Positions 28,589 through 38,148 of a DNA stretch of 64,000 bases are shown here, piece after piece. Under the pieces are notes generated by a model. It saw nothing but the letters and a program-made list of their open reading frames with translations. It had not been told where the DNA came from and did no database searches. The translations under genes and the position numbers were made by a program. The stretch is from Candidatus Brachybacterium merdavium (GTDB taxonomy: Bacteria; Actinomycetota; Actinomycetes; Actinomycetales; Dermabacteraceae), in the NCBI GenBank assembly GCA_019118275.1, contig DWZH01000008.1:9908-73907 (forward strand), in the 5' to 3' direction. How positions within the stretch are numbered: position 1 is the stretch's first letter; each line of letters opens with the position of its first letter.

Positions 28589-29573
28589 TGATCCTCACCC
28601 TCGGGTCGATCACGGAGTACAGAAGGTCGATCACCATGTTCCCGACGATCACGAAGAAGGCGGCCAACAGGGTGACCCCCATGATCACCGGCTGATCGTT
28701 CTTCGTGATCGAGTCAGCGGCGAGCTTGCCGATCCCGTTGAGACCGAAGACCGTCTCGGTGATCAGCGCGCCGCCGAGCAAGTTCGCGAAGTCCATCCCG
28801 AACATGGTGGCGATCGGTGTGAGGGCGGGACGCAATGCATGCCGTCTCCACACCAGGTCCTGGCGAAGGCCCTTCGCCCGGGCAGTGCGCACGTAGTTCT
28901 GCTGGAGGGTGTCGATGACGTTCGCGCGGGTCAATCGGGTGTACGTCGCGGCCGCGCCCACTGCCAGTACGACCCACGGCATCAGGAAGTTCAGGAACCA
29001 CTGCACCGGATCCTCGCCGATCGGCAGCGCCTGCGGGAAGGGCAACCAGCCGAGCACCACGACGAGCACGAACTGCAGCACGAGCGCGAGGACATAGTTC
29101 GGGATCGACATCCCGCCGAGCGTGAGGCCGGCGAGGAAGCGGTCCAGGAAGCGCCCCTCGTGGACAGCGCTCAGCACACCGGCGATGAGCCCGGCGAGCA
29201 GCCACAGGACGGCGGCACCGATGGCCAGGGTCGCCGAGACCGGGAGCCGCTGCATGAGCATCTCGGTCACCGGCTGACTGGTCTGGAAGGAGTAACCGAG
29301 GCAGGGAGCGGCGCACTGGACCGCCCCCTCCCCGACTCCGTAGGTACGGCCGACGAACAGGCCGGTCAGGAAGGTGGTGAACTGCTCGAGGAAGGGCCGG
29401 TCCAGCCCGAGATTGAGGCGGATCTGGTCGATGCGCTCCGGTGTGCAGTTCTTCCCGCAGACCTGGACCGCGGGATCCGGGGACAGCACGAAGAAGACCA
29501 CGAAGGTGAACAGGCACACGACGAAGAGCACGCCGAGCATGCCCGACGTCCGGCCGACGAGGAATCTGGTCAT
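28581..29573 (-). CDS. peptide-type ABC transporter permease (DppB/OppB-like)
   Basis: The N-terminus MTRFLVGRTSGMLGVLFVV...LGLDRPFLEQF is typical of OppB/DppB. It has six TM segments and a BPD_transp_1 core (YVRTARAKGL). Confidence 0.9.
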   Translation of the reverse strand: MTRFLVGRTSGMLGVLFVVCLFTFVVFFVLSPDPAVQVCGKNCTPERIDQIRLNLGLDRPFLEQFTTFLTGLFVGRTYGVGEGAVQCAAPCLGYSFQTSQPVTEMLMQRLPVSATLAIGAAVLWLLAGLIAGVLSAVHEGRFLDRFLAGLTLGGMSIPNYVLALVLQFVLVVVLGWLPFPQALPIGEDPVQWFLNFLMPWVVLAVGAAATYTRLTRANVIDTLQQNYVRTARAKGLRQDLVWRRHALRPALTPIATMFGMDFANLLGGALITETVFGLNGIGKLAADSITKNDQPVIMGVTLLAAFFVIVGNMVIDLLYSVIDPRVRISA

Positions 29574-30541
29574 GATCGGATCCCTCCAGACTCGCTGAGG
29601 ACCTTGACGCGGTCACCGAGCACGGTGAACGAGAACACCAACAGGAACAGGAAGGCGCTCGGGATCAGGAAGTAGACGGGATCGACCGCGTACCAGGTCA
29701 CCGAGTTGGCGATCATCTGCCCCCAGGACGGGGTGGGCGGGACGACGCCGACGCCCAGGAAGGACAGTCCGGCCTCGGTGCCCACATACCCCGGGATCGC
29801 CAAGGTCGTCATCACGATGATGGTGGGGGCGAGGTTGGGCAGGATCTCCCGGAATACGATCTGCAGGCCGGTCGCTCCGGAGGCCCGGGCGGATTCCACG
29901 AACTCATGCTCCTTGAGGGACAGAGTCTGCGCACGCACGATGCGGGCGAGATAGGGCCATCCGAAGATGGAGATCACCAGCACCAGCAGCACCTGGCGGT
30001 TCTCCGCAGGCAACGCCGACAGCACGGCGATCATGAAGATGAGCGCCGGGAAGGCCATGAGGAACTCCATCAGGCGGGAGATGATCGCGTCCACCATCCC
30101 GCCGAAGTATCCCGACAGCAGGCCGAAGACGACCCCCAGGGCGCTGGTGAGCAGCGTCGCCGAGAGCGCGATGGTCATCGAGATCCGGGCGCCGTAGACG
30201 ATGCGGGCGAAGATGTCGCGACCGTTGCCCGGTTCGACGCCGAACCAGTGCTCACCGCTGATGCCGCCGCCGGTTCCGAGGGGGAGACCGCCGAGGCTCG
30301 GATCGATCGCGGACTGATCGAACTCGTAGGGTCCCCACCCACTGAGCTTCACGATCAGCGGGGCGAAGATCGCCATGAGGATCACCAGGACGATGTAGGC
30401 CGCCGACAGCACGGTCGGCACGTCCCGACGCAGGGCAGCCAGGAAGCGCCTGACCCTGTGCGGACGAGGGCCGTCGGGGCCGAGGGCGGCGGAGTCCTCC
30501 GACCGGCCCTCGGCCTCGAGTGAAGTGGGAAGCGCAGCCAT
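29570..30541 (-). CDS. peptide-type ABC transporter permease (DppC/OppC-like)
   Basis: OppC-type segment HWFGVEPGNGRDIFARIVYGARISM and an EAA-like loop FVESARASGATGLQIVFREILPN. There is a 4-nt overlap with the next gene. Confidence 0.9.
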   Translation of the reverse strand: MAALPTSLEAEGRSEDSAALGPDGPRPHRVRRFLAALRRDVPTVLSAAYIVLVILMAIFAPLIVKLSGWGPYEFDQSAIDPSLGGLPLGTGGGISGEHWFGVEPGNGRDIFARIVYGARISMTIALSATLLTSALGVVFGLLSGYFGGMVDAIISRLMEFLMAFPALIFMIAVLSALPAENRQVLLVLVISIFGWPYLARIVRAQTLSLKEHEFVESARASGATGLQIVFREILPNLAPTIIVMTTLAIPGYVGTEAGLSFLGVGVVPPTPSWGQMIANSVTWYAVDPVYFLIPSAFLFLLVFSFTVLGDRVKVLSESGGIRS

Positions 30542-30544
30542 CCG

Positions 30545-32239
30545 TCAGCCCTGCGACGGGTCCTCGAGCCCGATGATCGTCAGATCGGTCATGCTGGTGC
30601 TCGGGTGGAAGCCGGCGATGTTCTCACCGGGCAGGAAGAGTCCCTTCTCGAGCGCCAGTGGGGCGATCGGCGCCTGCTCCATGATCTGCTCGTCGAGCTC
30701 GCCCCAAGCGACGTTGGCCTCCTCGAGATCCTCCATCGCCATGATCTCGTCGATGCGGGTGTTGATGGCCTCGTCGTCGATCTGCGCGAGGTTGCCGTTG
30801 CCCTTCTCGACGATGTTGCGCCCATCGAACAGCGGTGGGATGAACGTGCTCGCACTCGATGCCCAGTCTGGGCACCAGCCGCTGATCGCGGCGTCATTCT
30901 GCTGCGAGGGCGTGCCGATCGTCTCGTAGTAGGAGGAGGTGTCGATGACGTTGAGGTTCACCGTGACGTCCAGCGGTTCCAGCGCCTGCTGGATCGACTC
31001 GGCCTGAGCCTGCATCTTCGGCTGCGAGCGGATGTCCAGGGTGAACTCGAACCCGTCGTCCACTCCCGCCTCCTCGAGCAGCTCACGGGCCGCTTCGAGA
31101 TCTCCCTTGCCGTCGACACCGGGATAGAGGTCGAAGTCCTTGTGACCATTGACCGTCGGGGGGAGGATCGCGGTGGCAGGATCCGCGAGCTGGGTGCCGC
31201 CGGAGGCGTTGACGACGGCCGAACGGTCGATCGCGAAGTTGATCGCCTGGCGGACACGCACGTCGGAGAACACCTCGGACGTGGTGTTCATGCTCATGTA
31301 CGTGAGGCAGTACGCCGGGGCTTCGACGACACGCTCGGAGACCCTCGGATCCTGCAGGCGAGGCAGCGTGGAGGCCTGCAGGGTGCCGGAGATGGCGTTC
31401 GCGTCGGCTCCCTGGCCGGCGATCATCCGCTCATCGATGGTCGACTGGTCGAGGCCGACCTCGAACTCCCACGCATCCGGGTACGCCTTCCGCACATCAT
31501 CGGTGGCAGGATCCCAATTCTCGTTGCGCACCAGGGAGATGGAGCTGCCGGGCGTGTAGCTCTCCAGGTCGTAGGGACCGGAGGACACGATGTCGCTGAG
31601 GAACTCGTCCCCGTCGCCGGTTCCCTCCGGGAAGGGCACGGCATTGGCCTGTGCGAGCACAGCGTCGAACTCGGGGAACGGGGCCTTGAGGTGGAAGACG
31701 ATGGTCTTCTCATCCGGCGTCTCGATCGTGGGGATGTCTCCGGTCCGGTACGGACCCTCGTAGTCGTCGGGGGCGTCGATGACCTGCTTCACCCAGGGCG
31801 AGCCGATGCCGATCTCCGGGTCCCAGGCGCGGGAGATGCCGAACTTCATCTCCGCCGAGGTGATCGGGTCGCCGTTGTCGAACTTGATGCCGTCCTTGAG
31901 CGTGTAGGTCCATGTCAAGCCGTCGTCGGACACCTCGCCGAGGCCTGTCGCGAGATCGGGGACGATCTCGTTGGGATCATCCGCGTCACCGGCCGTCTGC
32001 ATGGTCAGGCCCCGATAGACGAGGCGGTAGAAGGCATTCACGCCTCCGTCGAAACCGCGGGCGGGATCGAGGTAGGAGAAGTCGGAGTTCTGGAGCATGT
32101 GCACGGTGCCACCGGTCGCCGGCTCATCGCTGGCACCCTGCTCGCCTCCAGGCCCTTCACCGGCTTTGCCTCCGCAGGCGGCCAGGAAGACCATCGAGGC
32201 GGCGCCCACGGCCACCAATCTCTTCATCGGGATTCTCAT
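30545..32239 (-). CDS. ABC transporter substrate-binding lipoprotein, family 5 (peptide/nickel/oligosaccharide type)
   Basis: Start placed at ATG 32239 (MRIPMKRLVAVGAASMVFLAACGG, a lipobox), preceded by GAGAGGA. The body (564 aa) has the SBP_bac_5 layout (FYRLVYRGLT.., TWTYTLKDGIKFDNGDPITS). The listed 693-aa ORF has an implausible Cys/Arg-rich 129-aa extension. Confidence 0.85.
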   Translation of the reverse strand: MRIPMKRLVAVGAASMVFLAACGGKAGEGPGGEQGASDEPATGGTVHMLQNSDFSYLDPARGFDGGVNAFYRLVYRGLTMQTAGDADDPNEIVPDLATGLGEVSDDGLTWTYTLKDGIKFDNGDPITSAEMKFGISRAWDPEIGIGSPWVKQVIDAPDDYEGPYRTGDIPTIETPDEKTIVFHLKAPFPEFDAVLAQANAVPFPEGTGDGDEFLSDIVSSGPYDLESYTPGSSISLVRNENWDPATDDVRKAYPDAWEFEVGLDQSTIDERMIAGQGADANAISGTLQASTLPRLQDPRVSERVVEAPAYCLTYMSMNTTSEVFSDVRVRQAINFAIDRSAVVNASGGTQLADPATAILPPTVNGHKDFDLYPGVDGKGDLEAARELLEEAGVDDGFEFTLDIRSQPKMQAQAESIQQALEPLDVTVNLNVIDTSSYYETIGTPSQQNDAAISGWCPDWASSASTFIPPLFDGRNIVEKGNGNLAQIDDEAINTRIDEIMAMEDLEEANVAWGELDEQIMEQAPIAPLALEKGLFLPGENIAGFHPSTSMTDLTIIGLEDPSQG

Positions 32240-32456
32240 TCTCGGTCCTCTCGCGGGACGGATAGAACAATTCGGTGACGGCCCTGGCGTGGACCCCACT
32301 CCGTCATGGGTCGCCCTCGCTCGGCCGAAGGTGCACTGCGTCACCTGGGTACGGTGTAACATGCCACATGACAGCCGCGTCGTAAAGTGGCAACCGCTCT
32401 GAGACCGAACTGTTACCTGATTCCGGTGCCGCCGACTCCGTAGGAACGTCGGGGTT

Positions 32457-32483
32457 CTTCGCGCGAAGCGCCGGGGCGCGAAG
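32457..32483. promoter_or_regulatory. 12-bp palindrome CTTCGCGCGAAG plus a direct repeat of GCGCGAAG in the divergent control region
   Basis: CTTCGCGCGAAG (32457-32468) is self-complementary and GCGCGAAG recurs at 32476-32483. It lies between the divergently transcribed SBP5 operon and the aldehyde dehydrogenase/DapA-like genes. Confidence 0.3.
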
Positions 32484-32491
32484 GACTGGCA

Positions 32492-32505
32492 AGTGCAATT
32501 GCACT
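32492..32505. promoter_or_regulatory. perfect 14-bp palindrome AGTGCAATTGCACT; candidate operator
   Basis: An exact inverted repeat sits in the lowest-GC patch of the 432-bp divergent intergenic region, immediately followed by GGTATATGGTAC. Which regulator binds it (the GntR at 38145-38879 or another) is not determinable from sequence. Confidence 0.35.
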
Positions 32506-32671
32506 GGTATATGGTACGAGCCACGGTGTTCGAGCAGAGAACGACCGGCTCCCTCCGGACGAAGCGGTCCGATCCGGTCCACCCCTGCCGATATCTCCGC
32601 GCTCGACGCGGTGCGCCGGGGCTCATTGGCCACCATGGGCTCGAAGTCGCTCACGACGAAGAGGTCTGCAC

Positions 32672-34147
32672 ATGACATCCCCCCTGCCCACCCCTGTCCG
32701 CACTCATGCCTTCATCAACGGCGAGTTCGTCCCCTCGGCCTCCGGGGCGACGTTCGAGTCGGTGAATCCTGCGACCGGGGAGGTGCTGACCGAGATCTCC
32801 TCATGCGATGCAGAGGACGTCGATCGCGCGGTCGCCGCAGCGGGCGCGTCCTTCGCGTCCGGCGTGTGGAGCCGTATGCACCCCTCCGATCGCCGAGAGG
32901 TGCTGATGCGCCTGGTGGCGCTGCTGGAAGAGAACCTCGAAGACCTCGCGCTGATGGAATCCATCGATGCGGGCAAACCGATCACCGATTGCCGTGAGTT
33001 CGATCTGCCGGACACGATCGGCTCCATCCGGTGGTACGCCGAAGCGGCCGACAAGGCCTTCGGCAAGACGACGGCTGCGGGTGACGACGCCCTCGGGCTG
33101 ATCGTCCACGAACCCATCGGTGTGGTCGGCGCCGTCCTGCCGTGGAACTTCCCGCTGGCGATGCTGGCGTGGAAGCTCGGCCCCGCCCTCGCCGCGGGGA
33201 ACTCGGTGGTCGTCAAGCCTCCGGAGCTGGCCACATTGACCACGTTGCGCTTCGCGGAGCTGGCAAGCGAGGCCGGGCTCCCCGACGGCGTGCTGAACGT
33301 GGTCCCGGGCCTGGGCCACGTGGCAGGGAAGGCACTGGGCCTGCACGCGGACGTCGACATCATCTCCTTCACGGGCTCGAACGAGGTGGGCCGGGAGTTC
33401 CTGCGCTATTCGGCGGATTCGAACCTCAAGAAGATCGTCCTGGAGCTCGGCGGGAAGGCGCCCCAGATCGTCACCGCGGACAATGCCGACCGACTCGCGG
33501 TCGTCGCGGAGGACCTCGCCGAAGCCGCTTTCGGCAACAACGGTCAGAACTGCACGGCGGGGTCCCGGATCCTGGTGCACTCATCCATCGCCGAGGACTT
33601 CATCGACGAGCTGGTCAAGGCGACGAACTCGTTCGTGGTCGGCGATCCGCTCGACCCTGCCACGACCATCGGCTCGCTCGTGGAGGAGTCCGCCCTGGCG
33701 CGCGTGACCGAGTACGTCGACGCCGCGGTGGCGGACGGCGCCACGGTCAGGGCCGGCGGGAAGCGAGTGCTCGAGGAGACCGGAGGCTGGTTCTATCCGC
33801 CGACGGTGGTCACCGACGTGCGCGAGGACATGGCGATCGCTCGGGATGAGATCTTCGGGCCGGTCGTGGTGGTGCTGCCGTTCGATGACGTGGCCGATGC
33901 GGTCCGGATGGCCAACGACACGCCCTTCGGGCTCGCGGCCAACGTCTGGTCCCGGGACATCGACGACGCACTGGGGACGGCGCGCGCCGTCCGGGCAGGG
34001 ACCGTCTCCGTGAACGGCTACTCGGAGGGCGACATCACGACGCCCTTCGGTGGATACAAGGAATCCGGCTTCGGGGGGCGTGACAACGGGATGGAAGCCT
34101 TCGAGCAGTACACCGAGACCAAGACCATCTGGGTCAACCTCCGATGA
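32672..34147 (+). CDS. NAD(P)-dependent aldehyde dehydrogenase (context: alpha-ketoglutarate semialdehyde dehydrogenase candidate)
   Basis: ALDH motifs LPWNFPL, LELGGKAPQIV (catalytic Glu) and FGNNGQNCTAGSRIL (catalytic Cys). 491 aa. Confidence 0.9.
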   Translation: MTSPLPTPVRTHAFINGEFVPSASGATFESVNPATGEVLTEISSCDAEDVDRAVAAAGASFASGVWSRMHPSDRREVLMRLVALLEENLEDLALMESIDAGKPITDCREFDLPDTIGSIRWYAEAADKAFGKTTAAGDDALGLIVHEPIGVVGAVLPWNFPLAMLAWKLGPALAAGNSVVVKPPELATLTTLRFAELASEAGLPDGVLNVVPGLGHVAGKALGLHADVDIISFTGSNEVGREFLRYSADSNLKKIVLELGGKAPQIVTADNADRLAVVAEDLAEAAFGNNGQNCTAGSRILVHSSIAEDFIDELVKATNSFVVGDPLDPATTIGSLVEESALARVTEYVDAAVADGATVRAGGKRVLEETGGWFYPPTVVTDVREDMAIARDEIFGPVVVVLPFDDVADAVRMANDTPFGLAANVWSRDIDDALGTARAVRAGTVSVNGYSEGDITTPFGGYKESGFGGRDNGMEAFEQYTETKTIWVNLR

Positions 34148-34187
34148 GCTCGCTGGAGCCACGAGGGATCACTGAAAGGACAGCTTC

Positions 34188-35081
34188 ATGACAGATTCGA
34201 CGATGCGCGGGGTCTTCGCGGTGTCGACCACACCTTTCCGGCGCGACGGCGAGCAGGACCTCGACGTCTATGCGGAGGGGGTCCAACGGGTGCTCGATGC
34301 CGGCGTCGACGGCATCCTCGCGCTGGGCGCCACGGGCGAGGCGCTGACCTTGGACCCGGGCGAACGGGAAGCACAGGTGCGCCGGCTCGTGGAGGTCGTG
34401 GACGGTCGCGTACCGGTCGTCGTCGGCTGCATGGGATACCGGCCCGAGGCGGTCTCGGCGATGATCGCCGATGCGCACCGATGGGGCGCATCCGGCGCCA
34501 TGGTGACCCCCTCCTTCTATGGCGGCCTGCAGCCCGAGGCCGCGGCCGCTGCGCTGGCGCCGGTCCTGGAGCGTGCCGAGACGCCGATCATGCTCTACAA
34601 CAACCCCGGTGCCACGGGCGTGGACCTGTTGCCTGCGCACATCGGGGAGCTGGCACGGCACGAGTCGCTCTGGAGCGTCAAGGAGACGTCCGGAGCGGCC
34701 ACGCGGGTGCGGGAGCTGCGCGAGGAGCTCGGGGATGGCGTCGAGGTCTTCGTCGGAGCCGACGGGCTCGCGTTGGAGGGCCTCACCCAGGGCGCGAGCG
34801 GGTGGGTCGCCGCATCGGCCTGGCTGACCCCCACTCGCTGCGTGGACCTGTGGCGGGCGGCCGACGAGGAGCGTTGGGGGGATGCCGTCCAGCTCTGGGA
34901 CGGCCTCGCCGGCCCGCTGGGTCGGATCGAGTCCGATCCCGCGTTCATCTCCTTGATCAAGCGGGCTCTGGACGAGCTCGGGCTGGAGCAGGGGCCCGTC
35001 CGGCCCCCGTTGCCCACGGCGACGGATGCAGCGGTCCAGTCGGTGCTCTCCGCCCTGCGTTCCCTCGGAGGCAAGCACTAG
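34188..35081 (+). CDS. dihydrodipicolinate synthase family protein (context: Delta1-pyrroline-4-hydroxy-2-carboxylate deaminase candidate)
   Basis: DapA/NAL-family motifs GILALGATGE and MLYNNPGATG. 297 aa. It lies 40 nt downstream of the aldehyde dehydrogenase. Confidence 0.85.
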   Translation: MTDSTMRGVFAVSTTPFRRDGEQDLDVYAEGVQRVLDAGVDGILALGATGEALTLDPGEREAQVRRLVEVVDGRVPVVVGCMGYRPEAVSAMIADAHRWGASGAMVTPSFYGGLQPEAAAAALAPVLERAETPIMLYNNPGATGVDLLPAHIGELARHESLWSVKETSGAATRVRELREELGDGVEVFVGADGLALEGLTQGASGWVAASAWLTPTRCVDLWRAADEERWGDAVQLWDGLAGPLGRIESDPAFISLIKRALDELGLEQGPVRPPLPTATDAAVQSVLSALRSLGGKH

Positions 35082-35089
35082 AGCTGCCC

Positions 35090-35138
35090 CCGCCCCTGCC
35101 CGACACCTGGAGTGCGCCGCTCGGAGAGGCAGGGGCGG
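35090..35138. terminator. GC-rich inverted repeat (11-bp arms, 27-nt spacer) between convergent genes
   Basis: CCGCCCCTGCC (35090-35100) pairs with GGCAGGGGCGG (35128-35138). The loop is long for an intrinsic terminator, so confidence is low. Confidence 0.25.
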
Positions 35139-35160
35139 CGGCCTCCGCGAGGTCGCATCC

Positions 35161-36654
35161 TCAGCGGGACGAGGCCGAGCCCGGCTGTTCCCCGTCGGTG
35201 TGCTCCGCTGCGAGGGCACCCAGGGACAGCGGCATGGCGAATGGGCGGTTGGAGACCTGGCGCGCCGCAGCGTGGTCGCCGTCCGAGCGGGCAGCGGACT
35301 GCGACGACAGGCACGCCATCGCGAAGCCGCAGATCCGTCCCTGACACATCCCCATGCCGGCACGCGTGCTCCCTTTCACGGAGCGCGGGTCCGCGAGAGC
35401 GAGGTCATCGCGTGCGGTGGTGACCTCTTCGTAGGTGACCTCCTCACAGCGGCACACCACGGTCTCGTCCCGCATCCAGTCTTCCCACCGTCGCGGCACC
35501 GGATGTGCGTGGTGCATGGCGCCGGCGAAGGTTCGGTGGCGTGCTCGGGCTGCGGCATCGCGGCGTCGTCCTGTGCCGGACTGGGCAGCGGCTCGGCCGG
35601 CGACCCGGCCCTCGGCCACGGCGCCAGCCGCGCCCGTGACGCCCGTGATCTCCCCGGCGAGGAACAGGCCGGGGATCGAGGATTCCTGGGAGCCGTCGAC
35701 TACGCCCACGAGGGAGCCGTCACCGTCCAGCCGTGTCTCAGCGCCGGTCTGCATCAGCAGCTCCGTCTGTGGGACGAACCCCCATCCGAGCCCGACGACA
35801 TCGATGTCGTCCAGGACGCGAGCGGAACCTGCGACCACGGCGCCGGCCGCGTCGACACGCGAGACCTCCACCGCGCGGACCCGGTCCTCCCCGCGGATCT
35901 CGGTCACCGCGTGGCGGCGGAGGAAGGGGACTCGATGGCGCGCCAGCAGGCTCGTGTACTGAGCGCCCTCGGTGATCTTCGAGGGGACCAGGGCGGCCGA
36001 GGCGCCGCCCGGGAGCCAGCCGGTCAGGTCGGTGGATTCGCAGATCGCAGCGACCCGCGCGCCCGTCTGGAGGACCGTGGCCGCAGCCGCCATCAGGAAG
36101 GGGCCGGTGCCGGCGAGCAGCACTCGCTGACCGGGTGAACGCCGCTGGGTCTTGATGAAGGCCTGCACGCTGCCCGCCGACATGACTCCGGGCAGGGTCC
36201 AGCCGGGAACGGGCAGCTGCCGGTCGTAGGCGCCCGGGCACAGCACGACCCTCTCCGCGGCGATCGTGCACAGATCCTGGGGGCCGACCGCTTCGGAGGT
36301 GGGGGCGACGTGGACGTCGAACCCTCCGGCATGCCCATGGTCCAGGGCCCAGACGTGAGTGGAGGGCAGGTGCGTGAGATGCCCCGCGTGTTCGGCGCCG
36401 AGGAGCGTGTCACGCAGCTCGCGGTAGGTCGACCAGCCGTGATGCCAGCGCGGTGACGGTGCCGACGGTGAGTCGTCAGCAGCGCCGTGGCGCCAGTACT
36501 GGCCTCCGAACCGGGGAGAGCCGTCCACCAGGGTGACGTGGGTGCCGGCACGCACCAGTTCTGCGGCGGCCGCCAGGCCCGCGGGGCCGGCACCGATGAC
36601 GACGGCGCCGATGGGGGCGGTCCCTGCGGTCATCGGCTCAGCCATGAGCAGCAT
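35161..36654 (-). CDS. FAD/NAD(P)-binding oxidoreductase with BFD-like [2Fe-2S] segment (large subunit of a three-subunit D-hydroxyproline dehydrogenase/opine-oxidase-type enzyme)
   Basis: Two dinucleotide-binding motifs (AVVIGAGPAGLAAAAEL and VLLAGTGPFLMAAA), a BFD-like Cys cluster (VVCRCEEVTYEEV ... GMGMCQGRICG). The start overlaps the small-subunit gene. Confidence 0.8.
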   Translation of the reverse strand: MLLMAEPMTAGTAPIGAVVIGAGPAGLAAAAELVRAGTHVTLVDGSPRFGGQYWRHGAADDSPSAPSPRWHHGWSTYRELRDTLLGAEHAGHLTHLPSTHVWALDHGHAGGFDVHVAPTSEAVGPQDLCTIAAERVVLCPGAYDRQLPVPGWTLPGVMSAGSVQAFIKTQRRSPGQRVLLAGTGPFLMAAAATVLQTGARVAAICESTDLTGWLPGGASAALVPSKITEGAQYTSLLARHRVPFLRRHAVTEIRGEDRVRAVEVSRVDAAGAVVAGSARVLDDIDVVGLGWGFVPQTELLMQTGAETRLDGDGSLVGVVDGSQESSIPGLFLAGEITGVTGAAGAVAEGRVAGRAAAQSGTGRRRDAAARARHRTFAGAMHHAHPVPRRWEDWMRDETVVCRCEEVTYEEVTTARDDLALADPRSVKGSTRAGMGMCQGRICGFAMACLSSQSAARSDGDHAAARQVSNRPFAMPLSLGALAAEHTDGEQPGSASSR

Positions 36655-36964
36655 CCCCCGGTCGGGCCGAAGGCTCCCCCGGCGCGTCCGTGGTCGACCC
36701 GGTCGACACCTCCATCCCGTCGGCCACCTCCACCAGACAGGTCCGCTGAGACGCCCTGCCGTTGATGGTGGCCAGGCAGTCGTAACAGACGCCTATGCCG
36801 CAGAAGAGGCCTCTGGCCGAGCCGGAGCGGCGAGTGCTGCGCCAGGCCATGCGTTCCTGATCGAGCAGGAGGGCGGCGGCGACCGTGCGCGTCACCGGGA
36901 CGCGGAGCGGAGCACCGTCGATGGTGATGGTCACCGACCGGCCGGTCGTGGAAGAGGAATTCAC
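36638..36964 (-). CDS. (2Fe-2S)-binding small subunit (HcnA/SoxA-N-like)
   Basis: 108 aa from GTG 36964, which overlaps the stop of the upstream gene (GTGA). It has the pattern TIDGAPLRVP...GLFCGIGVCYDCLATINGRASQRTCL typical of the small 2Fe-2S subunit. The listed 432-aa ORF upstream of this point is a shadow of the 36961-38148 gene. Confidence 0.7.
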   Translation of the reverse strand: MNSSSTTGRSVTITIDGAPLRVPVTRTVAAALLLDQERMAWRSTRRSGSARGLFCGIGVCYDCLATINGRASQRTCLVEVADGMEVSTGSTTDAPGEPSARPGDAAHG

Positions 36965-38148
36965 AGATCGTCTCCTTCGTCGATCGTCTGCGCGCCGCCT
37001 GTCGGCTCGCCGAACCGTTCCGGCGCGAACGGTGCGAGGTCCAGATCGGTGGGTGCGCCGCTCAGCGCCTGAGCCATGAGCTTCCCGGTGCCCACGCTCA
37101 GGCCGATGCCCGCCCCCTCGTGCCCGCCGGCATGCCAGAGGCCGTCCGCCCGCGGGTCCGGGCCGAGGACCGGCACGTGGTCGGGGGAGTAGGGACGGAA
37201 CCCGTGGTAGTGCCGGATGACCTTGACGTCCCGCAGGAAGGGGAACAGCGAGGTCGCGTTCGCCGCTATGCGCCGGAGTGCGTCGCGGTTCACCGCCTCG
37301 CTGAAGCCGACGCGTTCGCGCGAGGAGCCGATGAGGATCGAGCCGGCGGGAGTGCCCTCGACCACCGGTGAGCACTGCAGGGACGAGGCCGAGGAGCCCA
37401 CGTCGTCGATGTACTCCGCGGCGTACACCTTGTGGAAGACGCGAGGCGGCAGGGGTTCGGTGACCATGACGTAGCCGCGGCGGGGCGCGATCGGCAGGTG
37501 GACGCCTGCGAAGCGCGCTATCTCGGCGGCCCAGGGCCCTGCCGCGTTGACGACCGCATCGGCGTGGAGGTCCCCGGCGGGGGTGCGGACCCCGCTGATC
37601 CGACCGCCGCTGTGGAGCATGCCGGTGACTTCGCGGCCGCTGAGGACCTCGGCGCCGCGGGACCGAGCCATCGCCAGCAGGTGCGAGACGACCAGCATCG
37701 GCATCACCTGCGCGTCGTCGGGGTAGAGGGCTGCGCCGACGGCGTCGTCCCTGAGATGCGGCTCCAGATCCGCCAGTTCCGCGGAATCCACCTCGGTCAC
37801 GGAGATCGCATGCCGGCGCTGAGCCTCCAGGGCACGGCGCAGGGACCTCATGCTCTGCTCCTGAGAAGCGACGATGATCCCGCCCTTCTGCTCGAACTCC
37901 CAGGCAGCGCCGTGCTCCTCCAGGTCCTCCTGCCACACTCCCAGCGAGTACGCCGCGAGATCCAGCTCCGGGCCGTGCTCCTTGTCGGAGACCAGGATGT
38001 TCCCCTCACACCGTGATGAGGTCCCGCTGCCCGGCTCACCACGATCCACCACTTGCACCGTCAGGCCGGCTTCGCTGCAGAAGTAGGCGATCGCTGCACC
38101 GACGGCTCCGGCGCCGATGACGAGCACGTCGCTGCCCGTACGACTCAT
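36961..38148 (-). CDS. FAD-dependent oxidoreductase, DAO family (beta subunit of D-hydroxyproline dehydrogenase-type enzyme)
   Basis: N-terminal VLVIGAGAVGAAIAYF and C-terminal GGHEGAGIGLS typical of D-amino-acid-oxidase-family flavoproteins. The start overlaps the GntR stop (ATGA at 38145-38148). Confidence 0.85.
   Translation of the reverse strand: MSRTGSDVLVIGAGAVGAAIAYFCSEAGLTVQVVDRGEPGSGTSSRCEGNILVSDKEHGPELDLAAYSLGVWQEDLEEHGAAWEFEQKGGIIVASQEQSMRSLRRALEAQRRHAISVTEVDSAELADLEPHLRDDAVGAALYPDDAQVMPMLVVSHLLAMARSRGAEVLSGREVTGMLHSGGRISGVRTPAGDLHADAVVNAAGPWAAEIARFAGVHLPIAPRRGYVMVTEPLPPRVFHKVYAAEYIDDVGSSASSLQCSPVVEGTPAGSILIGSSRERVGFSEAVNRDALRRIAANATSLFPFLRDVKVIRHYHGFRPYSPDHVPVLGPDPRADGLWHAGGHEGAGIGLSVGTGKLMAQALSGAPTDLDLAPFAPERFGEPTGGAQTIDEGDDL

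Noticed and set aside
35161-38148. Interpretation of the three oxidoreductase genes as HCN synthase (hcnABC), opine oxidase or heterotetrameric sarcosine oxidase
   Set aside because: The subunit architecture is shared by all of these. However, the genes are sandwiched between a Cys/Cys hydroxyproline epimerase and DapA-like plus aldehyde dehydrogenase genes, which fits D-hydroxyproline dehydrogenase best. Biochemistry is still needed.
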